64,000 nt of DNA from an uncultured Nitrososphaerota archaeon (GCA_963718895.1 CAVRAG010000007.1:416001-480000), one strand, 5' to 3'; shown: positions 1 to 9,198, numbered from the stretch's first letter. Notes: generated from the sequence alone by a model not told the origin. Translations and numbers: made by a program.

Positions 1-1
1 G

Positions 2-235
2 TCGAAGGGACTTATCGAGAGGACCGTTCGGAAGGAAGACAGGAGGGCAACCATCATAGGGCTCACCTCCAAAGGGAGGGCGATGCAGGAGGGAGTGGGC
101 AAGAAGTACGCGAGCTTCGTGCAGAAGGCCCTTCAGAAGTTCACGCCGGAGGAACAAGAGACGCTCCGTAACCTCCTCGCGAAGCTCCAGGAGGAGATGT
201 CCAGCCTGAGAGAGAGCACGGGGAACCTAGGGTGA
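2..235 (+). CDS. MarR-family winged-helix regulator, C-terminal part (5' truncated by window edge)
   Basis: Manual translation of frame 2: SKGLIERTVRKEDRRATIIGLTSKGR...FTPEEQETLRNLLAKL; DRR wing motif and LT.KG typical of MarR. Not in the ORF track. Confidence 0.8.
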   Translation, partial: SKGLIERTVRKEDRRATIIGLTSKGRAMQEGVGKKYASFVQKALQKFTPEEQETLRNLLAKLQEEMSSLRESTGNLG

Positions 236-359
236 AGCCGGCCACAGTAGGTTGGATCAATCACTGGCTCTCGAAAGACTTCACGACGTGAAGGCCGGGG
301 CGGAGTCAGCGCCCAGCGTCCTAATTCGCCGGCGGGCTCCAAACCCGGGTCGAGGGAGC

Positions 360-881
360 CTACTCCTTCTTCATGCCTGCGAGTATCCCACTCGCCGACA
401 GTTTCGCTCTCTCATCGACGACGACCATGACGACCCCTTCCCCCGGCTGCCCGTAGTAGAGCAGTGAACCGAGGGGGGCGGCTTCGATCGCCGGGATGGC
501 AAGCAGGTCCTCCTCGCCGTCGATCAGCACCCGCGCCGGCTTCTCGCCCAACAGGGCGTTCTCCAGCGCCACGATCGCTTCGGCCGTAATCGTCCCTGCA
601 GGGTTCGAGGCCCTCAAGAGACGGACAAAGGGGACCTCGGGCGGCGTCCTCCTCACCCTCCTCTCGACCTCGTCGACCACCTGGACGTCGGGCGTCCTCC
701 CGAGCGCCTGCAGCGTCTCGGTCACGCGGTCACCGACCGAGATGACCAGCGGGGAGGAACGGAGTGTGCGGAGGAAGGGTGGTCTCCTGAGCTGGTTGGC
801 CCTGTAGAGCGCGCCGACCGGTCTCTTGAGCCTCCTTCTGAGGGAGGGGGTTACGACGTACTGGACCGCGGCGCCGGTCAG
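360..881 (-). CDS. DUF359 family GTP-dependent dephospho-CoA kinase
   Basis: Motifs SVGDRVT, VVD, NPAGTIT, DGEEDLLA, YGQPGEG; conserved position after spt4. The ORF extends to 977, but the likely start is near 881 (CTG overlapping the spt4 stop). Confidence 0.88.
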   Translation of the reverse strand: MTGAAVQYVVTPSLRRRLKRPVGALYRANQLRRPPFLRTLRSSPLVISVGDRVTETLQALGRTPDVQVVDEVERRVRRTPPEVPFVRLLRASNPAGTITAEAIVALENALLGEKPARVLIDGEEDLLAIPAIEAAPLGSLLYYGQPGEGVVMVVVDERAKLSASGILAGMKKE

Positions 882-1063
882 CTCACCTTGAGCGCGTACC
901 TTCCGGGGGTCTTTATCGCCAGCGTCTCCGCGACCTTGGAGTTCTTCGGGTCGAGGACGATTATGAGGCCTGACCATTCGTCGCTCAGCTCGTTAGACCC
1001 GTCGTTCGGGCACTTCTTTTCCGTTGTCAGCATGTGGCACTTTCTGCAGGCGAGTTCCTTCAA
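878..1063 (-). CDS. spt4: Transcription elongation factor Spt4 (RpoE2)
   Basis: ACRKCH...CPNDG...WSGLIIVLDP..S.VA..L.I..PGRYALKV; follows rpoE1. Confidence 0.95.
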   Translation of the reverse strand: MKELACRKCHMLTTEKKCPNDGSNELSDEWSGLIIVLDPKNSKVAETLAIKTPGRYALKVS

Positions 1064-1075
1064 CCATGATCACTG

Positions 1076-1657
1076 TTAAGACGCCCGGGCCTCAGCCTTG
1101 GCCTGCTTCCCCGCCTTCGCCACCTCGTCGTCGATCCACTCGAGCGCGCCGAGGAAGGGCTGTCGGCAGGTCACGCCTATCTTTCCCATCGATATCCCGT
1201 GACCGAGCGATACGGCGGTGATCCGGACGCGCACCTTGGATCCCACCTTCAGCGTCCTCTTCGACTGCGAGGCGGTGATGACGCCAGACTTCACGTCGCT
1301 GGTGAGGTAGTCGTCCATTATCTGGCTGAGATGGAGCAGCGCGTCGGTCGGGCCTATCCTCACGAAGGCACCGAAGTCGGTGATCTCGACGACCTCCCCC
1401 TCGATTATCTCCTGCTTGAGCGGGAAGAAAGCGAAGACCTCGAACTTGACCTTGTGGTAGGTGGCTCCGTCCCCTGCGATTATCTTCCCGATCTTGTCCA
1501 CCTTGACGTTTGTTACGAGCACCAGATACCCGTAGTCGGGGTTGATCGTGCTCTCGTACTTCAGCTTCAAGAGCTCGAGCGCGACGTTCTCCAGAGACGA
1601 CCCGAACCGGTTCGGAGGAACGCGCACTACGTCATCTAGCTCAACAAGTTGAAACAT
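1076..1657 (-). CDS. rpoE1: RNA polymerase subunit Rpo7 (RpoE1)
   Basis: DVVRVPP, GDGATYHKV, S1 domain GEVVEITDFGAFVRIGP, RQPFLGALEWI. Confidence 0.96.
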   Translation of the reverse strand: MFQLVELDDVVRVPPNRFGSSLENVALELLKLKYESTINPDYGYLVLVTNVKVDKIGKIIAGDGATYHKVKFEVFAFFPLKQEIIEGEVVEITDFGAFVRIGPTDALLHLSQIMDDYLTSDVKSGVITASQSKRTLKVGSKVRVRITAVSLGHGISMGKIGVTCRQPFLGALEWIDDEVAKAGKQAKAEARAS

Positions 1658-1717
1658 ATCTAAACCAGAGGAACCCTTGACCCCCCGGCATCCCTAATAT
1701 AAAATTTTGCAGGGCGT

Positions 1718-2137
1718 CTAGTTCTGGCGCCTCTCGACCCTTCCCGACCTCAGCGAGAGCACCTCGACGTGGGAGGCCCTCAGTTGGCGGATAAGCTCGC
1801 CGTCTATCGTGGCAACCACAGCGCCTTCGCGCAGGGCGTAGGAGACCAGCTCCTCGTCGGCCCGTCTCCCCTCCGACGGCTCCAGGCGAAGCGTTCCCTC
1901 CTCCACCAGACCGATGGCCAGCTCGGCGAACCTCGACTGGCGACCCTTCCTGTCCGCGAGCCGCCTCAGCTCGGCGAGGACGGGCTGCAGGACCACCCCT
2001 TCGAAGCGCCCCATATCCTCTAGGATGTCTCCCTGCCAGGGCGTGGGGTGCTCCATGACCGCGATGAGGAAGCTGCTGTCGAAGAGGACCCGCCGGGGGC
2101 GCCTTACTTTACCAGGCCCGAGCCGATCAACCGCCAA
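1718..2137 (-). CDS. PIN-domain protein (Utp24/Fcf1-like)
   Basis: VLFDSSFL, V.AEL, ADE, VATID; canonical position between aIF2g and rpoE1; start uncertain. Confidence 0.85.
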   Translation of the reverse strand: MAVDRLGPGKVRRPRRVLFDSSFLIAVMEHPTPWQGDILEDMGRFEGVVLQPVLAELRRLADRKGRQSRFAELAIGLVEEGTLRLEPSEGRRADEELVSYALREGAVVATIDGELIRQLRASHVEVLSLRSGRVERRQN

Positions 2138-3357
2138 CGCTCCGCTATCCTCCTGCTAATTGCAACGCGCGCACCCGGTTCGGCGACGACGGGCTTGCGG
2201 ATCTCGAGTTCGGCGACAGTGTCTCTCACCGAGGTCACGGAGCCCAGCGTGGCCGCCGTGCCGATGTTGAGCCTCAGGGACTCGCCCATCCTAACCTTCT
2301 CCACCTTGAGCAGCTCGACCGACCCGACCGCCTGGTCGAAGAGCTGTAGGTCGACAGAGAGACGCGTCCTGGGAGGGGGAAGCGTGCCCGGCCTTCCCAC
2401 GAGCGAGCCGACCATGAGGTCGCCCTTGGTCAGCGAGGGGTCGAGGTAGGTCCCGAGCGAAATCAGTCCGCCGGGCCCGACCTTCTCTGCCATCCCCGCG
2501 CCCGTGCCGAGGCTCGCTATCTTCGTCATGAGGGGCGCGAACTTTCCCCTCTCGTCGGGGAGTCCCGGGGATATCTCAATCTCCTCACCGACGCTCAGCT
2601 CGCCCCTGACGAGACTGCCTCCCAGCACACCTCCCACGAGCGACGGAACCTCGGCGCCCGGCTTGTTGACGTCGAAGGACCTCAGGGCCAGCATCTGGGG
2701 TGTGGCCGCAGGGTCCCTCTGGGGCGTCGGGATGTGCAGCTCCAGCGCCTCGATGAGCGCGTCGATGTTGATGCCATGCTGGGCTGAGATGGGGATGATC
2801 GGGGCGTCCGCTGCTATCGTGTTCGAGAGGAAGCTCTTGATCGCCTCGTGGTTCTTCCTCGCCCCCTCGGAGTCGACCCTGTCGATCTTATTCTGGACGA
2901 TGACCATCTTCTTCATCCCCAGCATCTGCAGGGCGAGCATGTGCTCCCTGGTCTGGGGCATCGGGACCGGCTCGTTGGCCGCGATGACGAGTATGGCGCC
3001 GTCCATCAGCGCCGCCCCGGCGAGCATGTTTGTCATGAGCGACTCGTGGCCCGGCGCGTCGACGAAACTCACCGTCCTCAGGAGCTGCGTCTCCTGCCCG
3101 CAGACTGGACAGATGGGGGAGGTCGAGTATGCCTCCGGCGGTGGTGTGTGGGCGCACTTGTAGAAGGCCGCGTCGGCGTAGCCGACCTTGATCGTGATTC
3201 CCCTCTTGAGCTCCTCGCTGTGGGCCGACGCCCACACCCCAGTAATCGAGGCGACGAGGCTCGTCTTACCGTGGTCTACGTGACCTGAAGTACCTATGTT
3301 GCACTCGGGCTGCTTGGGAATCCGCATCGTCGGGACCGTGGACATAGTCTGGGCCAT
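2104..3357 (-). CDS. eif2g: Translation initiation factor 2 gamma subunit
   Basis: QPECNIGTSGHVDHGKT, EELKRGITIKVGYA, DAPGHE, QNKID, RWRLIG. Confidence 0.98.
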   Translation of the reverse strand: MAQTMSTVPTMRIPKQPECNIGTSGHVDHGKTSLVASITGVWASAHSEELKRGITIKVGYADAAFYKCAHTPPPEAYSTSPICPVCGQETQLLRTVSFVDAPGHESLMTNMLAGAALMDGAILVIAANEPVPMPQTREHMLALQMLGMKKMVIVQNKIDRVDSEGARKNHEAIKSFLSNTIAADAPIIPISAQHGINIDALIEALELHIPTPQRDPAATPQMLALRSFDVNKPGAEVPSLVGGVLGGSLVRGELSVGEEIEISPGLPDERGKFAPLMTKIASLGTGAGMAEKVGPGGLISLGTYLDPSLTKGDLMVGSLVGRPGTLPPPRTRLSVDLQLFDQAVGSVELLKVEKVRMGESLRLNIGTAATLGSVTSVRDTVAELEIRKPVVAEPGARVAISRRIAERWRLIGSGLVK

Positions 3358-3419
3358 GAGGGATTATGGGAAAGTTCGGACTTTCGGGGATAGATAAAGA
3401 TGCTGAGTCTGAGCGCGGA

Positions 3420-3768
3420 TTACTCTGTCTTGACCGCGTTCAGCTGGTAGACCTCCTCGGTCACCGTCCCCCCTCTGACCAGCTTCCTGCGCTTCTCGCC
3501 CTCGACGGAGTGCCTGAACCCTATGCCCTCGGTCATCAGGACGTGTCTCTTCCCGCTCCCCATGACGTCGCCCCTCATAGGGAACCCGGCCCTGTCGGAA
3601 CCCCCGGTTAGTTTGACCTTGTAGCTCTGTCCGATGACGCTCAGGTCGATGACCTCGCCGATCTTGCGTCCCATGAATATCTGGGCCTGGGAGTCCTTGG
3701 TCTCCAAGACCTCGGACTTGCCCGACTTGGAATCGGAAATAATCACTTTGAACTGAGCCGTGAGCCAT
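3420..3768 (-). CDS. rps6e: Ribosomal protein S6e
   Basis: AQFKVIISD...LTGGSDRAGFPMR...GEKRRKLVRG. The ATG at 3768 is out of frame; removing one base gives MATAQFKVIISD (probable 1-nt sequencing insertion). Confidence 0.95.
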
Positions 3769-3777
3769 TCCTCCCTT

Positions 3778-4566
3778 TTAGCGATGGCCCCTCAAGGCTC
3801 GCACTATGGTAGTTATCGAAACGCCGTACTTCTTCGCCAGACTTGCGTAGGTCATCTTATTCGCCGTCCTGTCATTAACTATATGTCTCTTTTGCTCATC
3901 TGTCAGCAGTCTGGTCCGAGCAGCCATTCGATAGTAGCGTTGCTTCAGGCCCTCAGAGTACGTGTAGGGTATGTCGACCCTCCTTATCTTCCCCGTGCGG
4001 TTGCCCAATCTTACAGACTCGTTTAGACTCTCGATGAACTGCGTCCCCGTGATCCTATCCTCTAGGTAGTCCACAGCTCGAATCAGCTCCTTCCGTTTCT
4101 TGTACAGACAATCACTCCGAGAAAGCATGCCTTTGCATGTCGCCAAGATACTGGCGTTTGATGAAAGGTAAAGAGAGTAAGCATTCCCGACACTAAGGAA
4201 GATCTTCGCGGGCTTGATGCCCTGTGACCGCAAGAAGGTGTCAATTTGCTCCACCTGCGGCCGCCAATTGTCAGCAAACTCGAGCTTGATTCGAATCACG
4301 TCCTTCTTGGGGCTTCCGCAAATAGATCCATCTCCGTCAAAGAAAGCCGCGATTGCACACCAGTTTGTGTAGCCGCCGTTGGCCGTGGTTTCCGCTTCGG
4401 CGATGGAGTCTCCTTTGCCGGGAAAGAGGTCTTGGCGGCTAATGGGTGATCTGGACTCGGGCTGATCCACTTTGGAAATTGTGCCCGAAAGTGATCTTCC
4501 TGGTGGTCCTTCGGGGTCTTTACTTCTTGAGTTTTCGGGGCAGGCTTGACTTGCTGACTCCAACAA
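3778..4566 (-). CDS. Free-standing single-motif LAGLIDADG endonuclease-like protein with C-terminal HTH
   Basis: WCAIAAFFDGDGSI motif, LYKKRKEL, C-terminal MTYASLAKKYGVSITTIVRAL HTH; lower GC than flanks; no intein C-terminal HN and own stop codon. Confidence 0.8.
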   Translation of the reverse strand: MLESASQACPENSRSKDPEGPPGRSLSGTISKVDQPESRSPISRQDLFPGKGDSIAEAETTANGGYTNWCAIAAFFDGDGSICGSPKKDVIRIKLEFADNWRPQVEQIDTFLRSQGIKPAKIFLSVGNAYSLYLSSNASILATCKGMLSRSDCLYKKRKELIRAVDYLEDRITGTQFIESLNESVRLGNRTGKIRRVDIPYTYSEGLKQRYYRMAARTRLLTDEQKRHIVNDRTANKMTYASLAKKYGVSITTIVRALRGHR

Positions 4567-4770
4567 GCATCAAGACGACTCCTTCTAAAAAGCACCAACG
4601 TTTCGTTGAATCTTGACTTCAGTTCTTACATCGGCTAATCAATTCGGATTGGTGAGTGACTAGGCTAGAATCGGTGCGTCACATCATTCGCCGAACGGAA
4701 GACGAATTGGTGGATGCGCGTGGCTTGGGAACGTGGGGTTAAATATATGGACAAATGTACTTATGGTAGA

Positions 4771-5004
4771 ATGACCGAGACCATTAAAGTGGAGATTGAT
4801 GACGCCCTTGCGAGAAGATTCAGGAAGAAGGCAATGGAGACCTACGGCTACAAGAAGGGCGCCATGAAGAAGGCGATGGAGGCGGCGATCAGAAAATTCG
4901 TGTCGCCCGGGGAGCCGGACTGGTCGAAGCTCGACGGAGTGCTCTCCCCCAGCAGTCTGACGTCGGTTGAACTTCAACACCAAGCCTGGCGCAAGCAGGA
5001 TTGA
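4771..5004 (+). CDS. vapB: RHH/CopG-type antitoxin (VapB-like)
   Basis: TIKVEIDDALARRFRKKA...MEAAIRKF RHH pattern; stop overlaps PIN toxin start. Confidence 0.75.
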   Translation: MTETIKVEIDDALARRFRKKAMETYGYKKGAMKKAMEAAIRKFVSPGEPDWSKLDGVLSPSSLTSVELQHQAWRKQD

Positions 5005-5420
5005 TCCTTCTTGACACAAACGTCTTCCTCGAGTTCATGCTCGGCCAGAGACGCGGACCCGAGTGCAAGGCACTGCTGAATTCCATCTCGAGGGGTGACG
5101 AGGAGGCCATCGTCACACACTTCACCATACATGCGGTGGAGGCGATCCTTGGAGGAGGGGACAATCTGACCGACTTCCTGCGAAACATCGAGACGTCCGC
5201 TGGCCTTCATGTCTACGACACGACCACGACAGAAGAGGTGGCAGTCGGACTGCTGGCTGCAGACAAGCGGATGGACTTCGACGATTCGCTTCAGTACTAC
5301 GTGGCGAAGAAGCTCGGGGCGCGGGCGATTGTCAGCTTCGACCAACACTTTGACGCTTTAGACATCCCAAGACTCGAGCCATCAAGAGCAATCACCGGAG
5401 AAGGGAAGGCTGAGTCTTAG
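5001..5420 (+). CDS. vapC: PIN-domain toxin VapC
   Basis: ILLDTNVFLE, DFDDSLQY, IVSFDQHFD acidic PIN motifs. Confidence 0.9.
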   Translation: MILLDTNVFLEFMLGQRRGPECKALLNSISRGDEEAIVTHFTIHAVEAILGGGDNLTDFLRNIETSAGLHVYDTTTTEEVAVGLLAADKRMDFDDSLQYYVAKKLGARAIVSFDQHFDALDIPRLEPSRAITGEGKAES

Positions 5421-7210
5421 AACCCGTACATCATGTCCTTGGCCGATCGGATCGAGACTATCTCATCGAGGACCGCCTCGGCGTCGGGCGTGAGCGACGA
5501 AGAGAGCTTCCCCCTGAGCAGCTTCACGTCCTGGGAGGTCGGGAAGGTGAAGATGTCGTCGTTCTCCTTGATCTGGCGGCCGAGTGTCGGCCCCCTGACG
5601 GAGATGGCGACCTGCATGCCCTTTGTCGCCTCCTGGACCGGTTTCCCGTTCTCCTGGATCTGCTCGACCATCCCCAGCTCTACCCCGCTCGCGTCCATGA
5701 GCCTGACCTTGGGCTTCAGCTTGCCCCCCATTACCTCCACCCCGAAGACGGCGGGGTCGTTCCTCCTGAAGAAAGAGCCCGGGAGAGCCTTGATCCTCGC
5801 GGGACCGGTGACCATCTGGAGGGCGTTCCTCTGGTCGTCCTCGCGCTTCTTCGCGGCCCACTGCACATAGCCCTCGACGGCGTCGTAGATCACGTCCGAG
5901 GTGATTATCTCGGCCGCCTTGGCGTTCTCCTTGGCGTCCTGCAGGACCTTGACGTCGAACCCGATGATCGCGCCCAGGTACGGGTCGTGCTCGGCGACCG
6001 CCTCCGCCTCGACGATGTCGTTCCTGGAGATGTCGCCGATGTCAGCCGACCTCACCGGTATCTCCCTCTGTGAGAGCATCCTCAGTAGAGCCTCGAGCCC
6101 GCCGATGTTCCCGGCCTTCACCACCACGCCGTCGACGTCCGTCTTGGTGACCAGGGTCGTCAGGTCCTTCTCCGCCTCGGTCTTTATCGCCTCGAACTCC
6201 TCCTGGGTCCTGAACGAGATGACGGACGTCCCCGGGATGACGCCCGCGAGGTCAGGCGAGACTAGCTTGACGCCCGCGGCCGAGTATACCACCTGTACCG
6301 GGGTGAACTTGTCGCGCGGGTCTCGCATCTCGTCGAGCGGCTTCGGCATGAAGAGCGCCTTGACCCTCGACTCCATGGCGCCTTCCTTCTTCACCAGGAC
6401 GAGCCGGTCGCCCACGGAGAGCTTCCCCTCGGTGAGGATGATGTTCGCCGTCTCGCCGATCCCGACCTCCTCCTGGAGCTCGAGGATGATCCCCCTCGCC
6501 CTCCCGTTCTCGTCGATGGTGACCAGCTTCTCGCTCAGGAACTGCTGGGCCAGGCCGATCAGCACGGCCATGATTTCCGGCATCCCGACCTTGTACCTGG
6601 CCGAGATCGGGACGATCGAGACCTGCTTGCGGAAGTCCTTCACGCGGTAGAAGGCGTCGGAGTTGAAGCCCTGCCTGGACAGCCCGCCGACGACGTTGTA
6701 GAGCCTCTCCTCGAGCTCGTCGTTCCACTCCGGCGGCTGCTGCTTGAGCGCACTGGCGAGGGACCCTGTGGTGCCCTTCTTCCACCCCCGGATCATGTCT
6801 ATCTTGTTGAGCGCGACGAGGAACGGGACCTTCCGCGCCTTCAGAATCTCGATGGACTCGATGGTCTGGTTCTCGAGGCCCTTGTTCACGTCGACGAGCA
6901 GGATGGCTATGTCAGCCGCCGAGCCGCCCCTCATCCTGAGGTTGGAGAATATCTCATGACCGGGGGTGTCTATGACCAGGAGCCCCGGTATCTTAAGCTG
7001 CGCTCCTGACTTGTCCAGCAGTGCGCCGCATATCGCGATGAGGGTCTCCATGGGGAAGAAGCTCGCGCCTATCTCCTGGGTGATTCCTCCAGCCTCGCGC
7101 GCCTGGACGGCGGTGCCCCTTATCCGGTCAAGGAAACTAGTTTTTCCAGAGTCTACATGACCCAGTACGACGACGACAGGCTGCCTTAGAGTCTGTGTGG
7201 GGAGGGTCAT
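5417..7210 (-). CDS. infB: Translation initiation factor aIF5B (IF2)
   Basis: LRQPVVVVLGHVDSGKT, EAGGITQEIGA, DTPGHE, NKID; no intein. Confidence 0.98.
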   Translation of the reverse strand: MTLPTQTLRQPVVVVLGHVDSGKTSFLDRIRGTAVQAREAGGITQEIGASFFPMETLIAICGALLDKSGAQLKIPGLLVIDTPGHEIFSNLRMRGGSAADIAILLVDVNKGLENQTIESIEILKARKVPFLVALNKIDMIRGWKKGTTGSLASALKQQPPEWNDELEERLYNVVGGLSRQGFNSDAFYRVKDFRKQVSIVPISARYKVGMPEIMAVLIGLAQQFLSEKLVTIDENGRARGIILELQEEVGIGETANIILTEGKLSVGDRLVLVKKEGAMESRVKALFMPKPLDEMRDPRDKFTPVQVVYSAAGVKLVSPDLAGVIPGTSVISFRTQEEFEAIKTEAEKDLTTLVTKTDVDGVVVKAGNIGGLEALLRMLSQREIPVRSADIGDISRNDIVEAEAVAEHDPYLGAIIGFDVKVLQDAKENAKAAEIITSDVIYDAVEGYVQWAAKKREDDQRNALQMVTGPARIKALPGSFFRRNDPAVFGVEVMGGKLKPKVRLMDASGVELGMVEQIQENGKPVQEATKGMQVAISVRGPTLGRQIKENDDIFTFPTSQDVKLLRGKLSSSLTPDAEAVLDEIVSIRSAKDMMYGF

Positions 7211-7277
7211 AAAGTAGCAACTTGGCTGGCGGCAGCCGCACTACCTAATATAACTTGCCGTGCGCTTTCCAATTCTT

Positions 7278-7694
7278 CTAGGAGAAATACGTCTTGGACT
7301 CCCAGTCGAAGGACTCCTTCGAGTCCGAGGCGTGGATCGCGTTGTCCAGGAGCCCCGTCGCATAGTCGCCCCTTATCGTCCCGGGCGCCGCCTCCCAGCT
7401 CTTGGTCGAGCCGATGACCCTCCGCACGAGTGCTATTGCGTCCCTTCCCTCCAGGACCACCCCGACGCTGGGGCCGCTGCTGATGAACGAGACGAGGTCC
7501 CCGAAGAACGGCTTGTCCTTGTGGACGATGTAGAACTGGGTCGCCTTCACCCTGCTGACCGTCTGCATCTTGACCTCCACGGGCCTCAGGCCGCGCCTCT
7601 CGAACCTGCCGATTATCTCCCCCACGAGGCCGCGGGCGACAGCGTCGGGCTTGACTACAATCAGGGTCCGCTCCACGACGGGGACGGACGACAT
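7278..7694 (-). CDS. ndk: Nucleoside diphosphate kinase
   Basis: ERTLIVVKPDAV.RGLVGEII.RFE, PGTIRGD, NAIHASDS. Confidence 0.97.
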   Translation of the reverse strand: MSSVPVVERTLIVVKPDAVARGLVGEIIGRFERRGLRPVEVKMQTVSRVKATQFYIVHKDKPFFGDLVSFISSGPSVGVVLEGRDAIALVRRVIGSTKSWEAAPGTIRGDYATGLLDNAIHASDSKESFDWESKTYFS

Positions 7695-7695
7695 C

Positions 7696-7872
7696 CTACT
7701 TGTTCTCCCTAGCCCACTTGAACTTGCGCGGGTCGCGCTTCAGCTTGCGGTCGTTGAGCTTGCACTTGTTGGAGCAGTAGCTCTTGGAGGAGCCGTCGTT
7801 GAGCACGAGCATTATGCCTGAGCCGAGATGGACGTCCTTGCCGCAGAAAAAGCATTTCTTAGGTGTATACAA
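7696..7872 (-). CDS. rpl24e: Ribosomal protein L24e
   Basis: Not in the ORF track; manual translation from TTG: MYTPKKCFFCGKDVHLGSGIMLVLNDGSSKSYCSNKCKLNDRKLKRDPRKFKWARENK (58 aa). Confidence 0.95.
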   Translation of the reverse strand: MYTPKKCFFCGKDVHLGSGIMLVLNDGSSKSYCSNKCKLNDRKLKRDPRKFKWARENK

Positions 7873-8171
7873 CTCAAGTTATCGCCTGGGAGGTGTTCTT
7901 TCCGCCCTTGTGACTTGGGCATATAAACGAAGCGCCACGAAAACCGCGCGGACAGACGCCCGGTGGAGCCGACCGAGGGTCTACCCGGTCACCGTGATGG
8001 TCGCGGTCATCGCTCCAAGGAGTTCGGCTGTCGCCCCCATTGCTGTCTGAAGCGTGACGTGGCTGAGCCCTATACCATCAACGGATGAGTCCTCTATAGC
8101 ACTCTTCCTCGGGGCGGAACATCAGGAGGAGCAAAAAGGGGAGAGATGCACGGGCAGCTTGCGGAGCGAGC

Positions 8172-8675
8172 CTAGCTCGTCACCGTGATCGTGCCCTGCA
8201 TCCACGTGTGGAAGTCGCACTTGAACGAGTAGGTACCCGGGGTGCTGAGGGTCACCGTATAGGTCTGGCCCTGCTTCAGGTCGGGGGATACCGGCGGGAG
8301 CGACGCTCCTGTCGGTCCGCTCGTGAAGTCCACGTTGTGGGTCGCGACGTTGTCGTTGTCCACGAACGTTATCGTGGTCCCGGCCGCCACCGTCAGGGTG
8401 GACGGCGAGAAGTTGGACCCGCTACCCGCTCCCTGTGGGATGGCGATCGTGGCCCCGGTCGAGCTCTGCGACGTCGAGCTGCCCGTGCCCGTGGAGTTGG
8501 CGGAAGTCGTCATGGTGTTGGAGACGGAGGTGGTGCTGGACTGTGTGTTCGTGTTCGACGAGGACGGCATCGTCGAGAGGTAGTAGGCTCCCCCGGCGAT
8601 GAGGATGACCGCTATGATGATGACTGCTCCGGCCGTGGTCGAGATTGCGCTATGGCCTCTTGTCTTCATTTCCAT
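8172..8675 (-). CDS. Membrane-anchored blue copper protein (plastocyanin/azurin family)
   Basis: N-terminal TM segment, Ser/Thr linker, FSPSTLTV, HNV, type-1 Cu loop CDFHTWM. Confidence 0.9.
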   Translation of the reverse strand: MEMKTRGHSAISTTAGAVIIIAVILIAGGAYYLSTMPSSSNTNTQSSTTSVSNTMTTSANSTGTGSSTSQSSTGATIAIPQGAGSGSNFSPSTLTVAAGTTITFVDNDNVATHNVDFTSGPTGASLPPVSPDLKQGQTYTVTLSTPGTYSFKCDFHTWMQGTITVTS

Positions 8676-8817
8676 CTGTCTTCAGCTTGAATAGAGGGGC
8701 GTCCGTATACACAAAGAATCCATCAATCTACGATGGGGACCAGATGTAGGGATGCTTCACAGCGCTTTTATGCGACGTAGGGTGGTTTCATGAGAATGTC
8801 CTAGGAGAATCTTCTAA

Positions 8818-9198
8818 ATGACAGCGACCCGATCCCCCGAGAAGACGCGCCGTAGGCGCCGCATCTTCGCGTGCTTCATGGGAGGGTTCCTCATCGCGCC
8901 GTTCATGCCCGTGGAGTTCACCTCGATCCTGACGGCGACGGTCTGGAACTTCTCCGGCCGCTTCTACGCCCTGGTCTTCCTGGTCCTGGGGACCTTCCTC
9001 CGCGCCGACTCTATCACGATCTTCTCGGGCATCGAGAACATCATCGTCCTCTCGTTCCCGGGGTTCCTGGCCGTGGGCCCGGCCTATCTCGCGATCGGGG
9101 TGATGTTCTTCGGGAACCTCGCGGTGGCGTTCATCTTCAAGACGACGATCCGGCGGGCCGTCTTCCACTACATCCCGGCCGGGCTGTTCGCTGCGTAG
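8818..9198 (+). CDS. Small hypothetical membrane protein
   Basis: Several hydrophobic segments, host-like GC-ending codons. Confidence 0.5.
   Translation: MTATRSPEKTRRRRRIFACFMGGFLIAPFMPVEFTSILTATVWNFSGRFYALVFLVLGTFLRADSITIFSGIENIIVLSFPGFLAVGPAYLAIGVMFFGNLAVAFIFKTTIRRAVFHYIPAGLFAA

Noticed and set aside
3370-3385. GAAAGTTCGGACTTTC near the aIF2g start as a fourth cargo-promoter copy
   Set aside because: Only the 8-nt core matches and the AAASTATTAATCA part is missing; more likely a local hairpin.
3754-3768. ACG start codon or 7-bp duplication at the rps6e 5' end
   Set aside because: Deleting one base gives ATG GCT ACG GCT CAG TTC; sequencing error is simpler, though unproven without reads.
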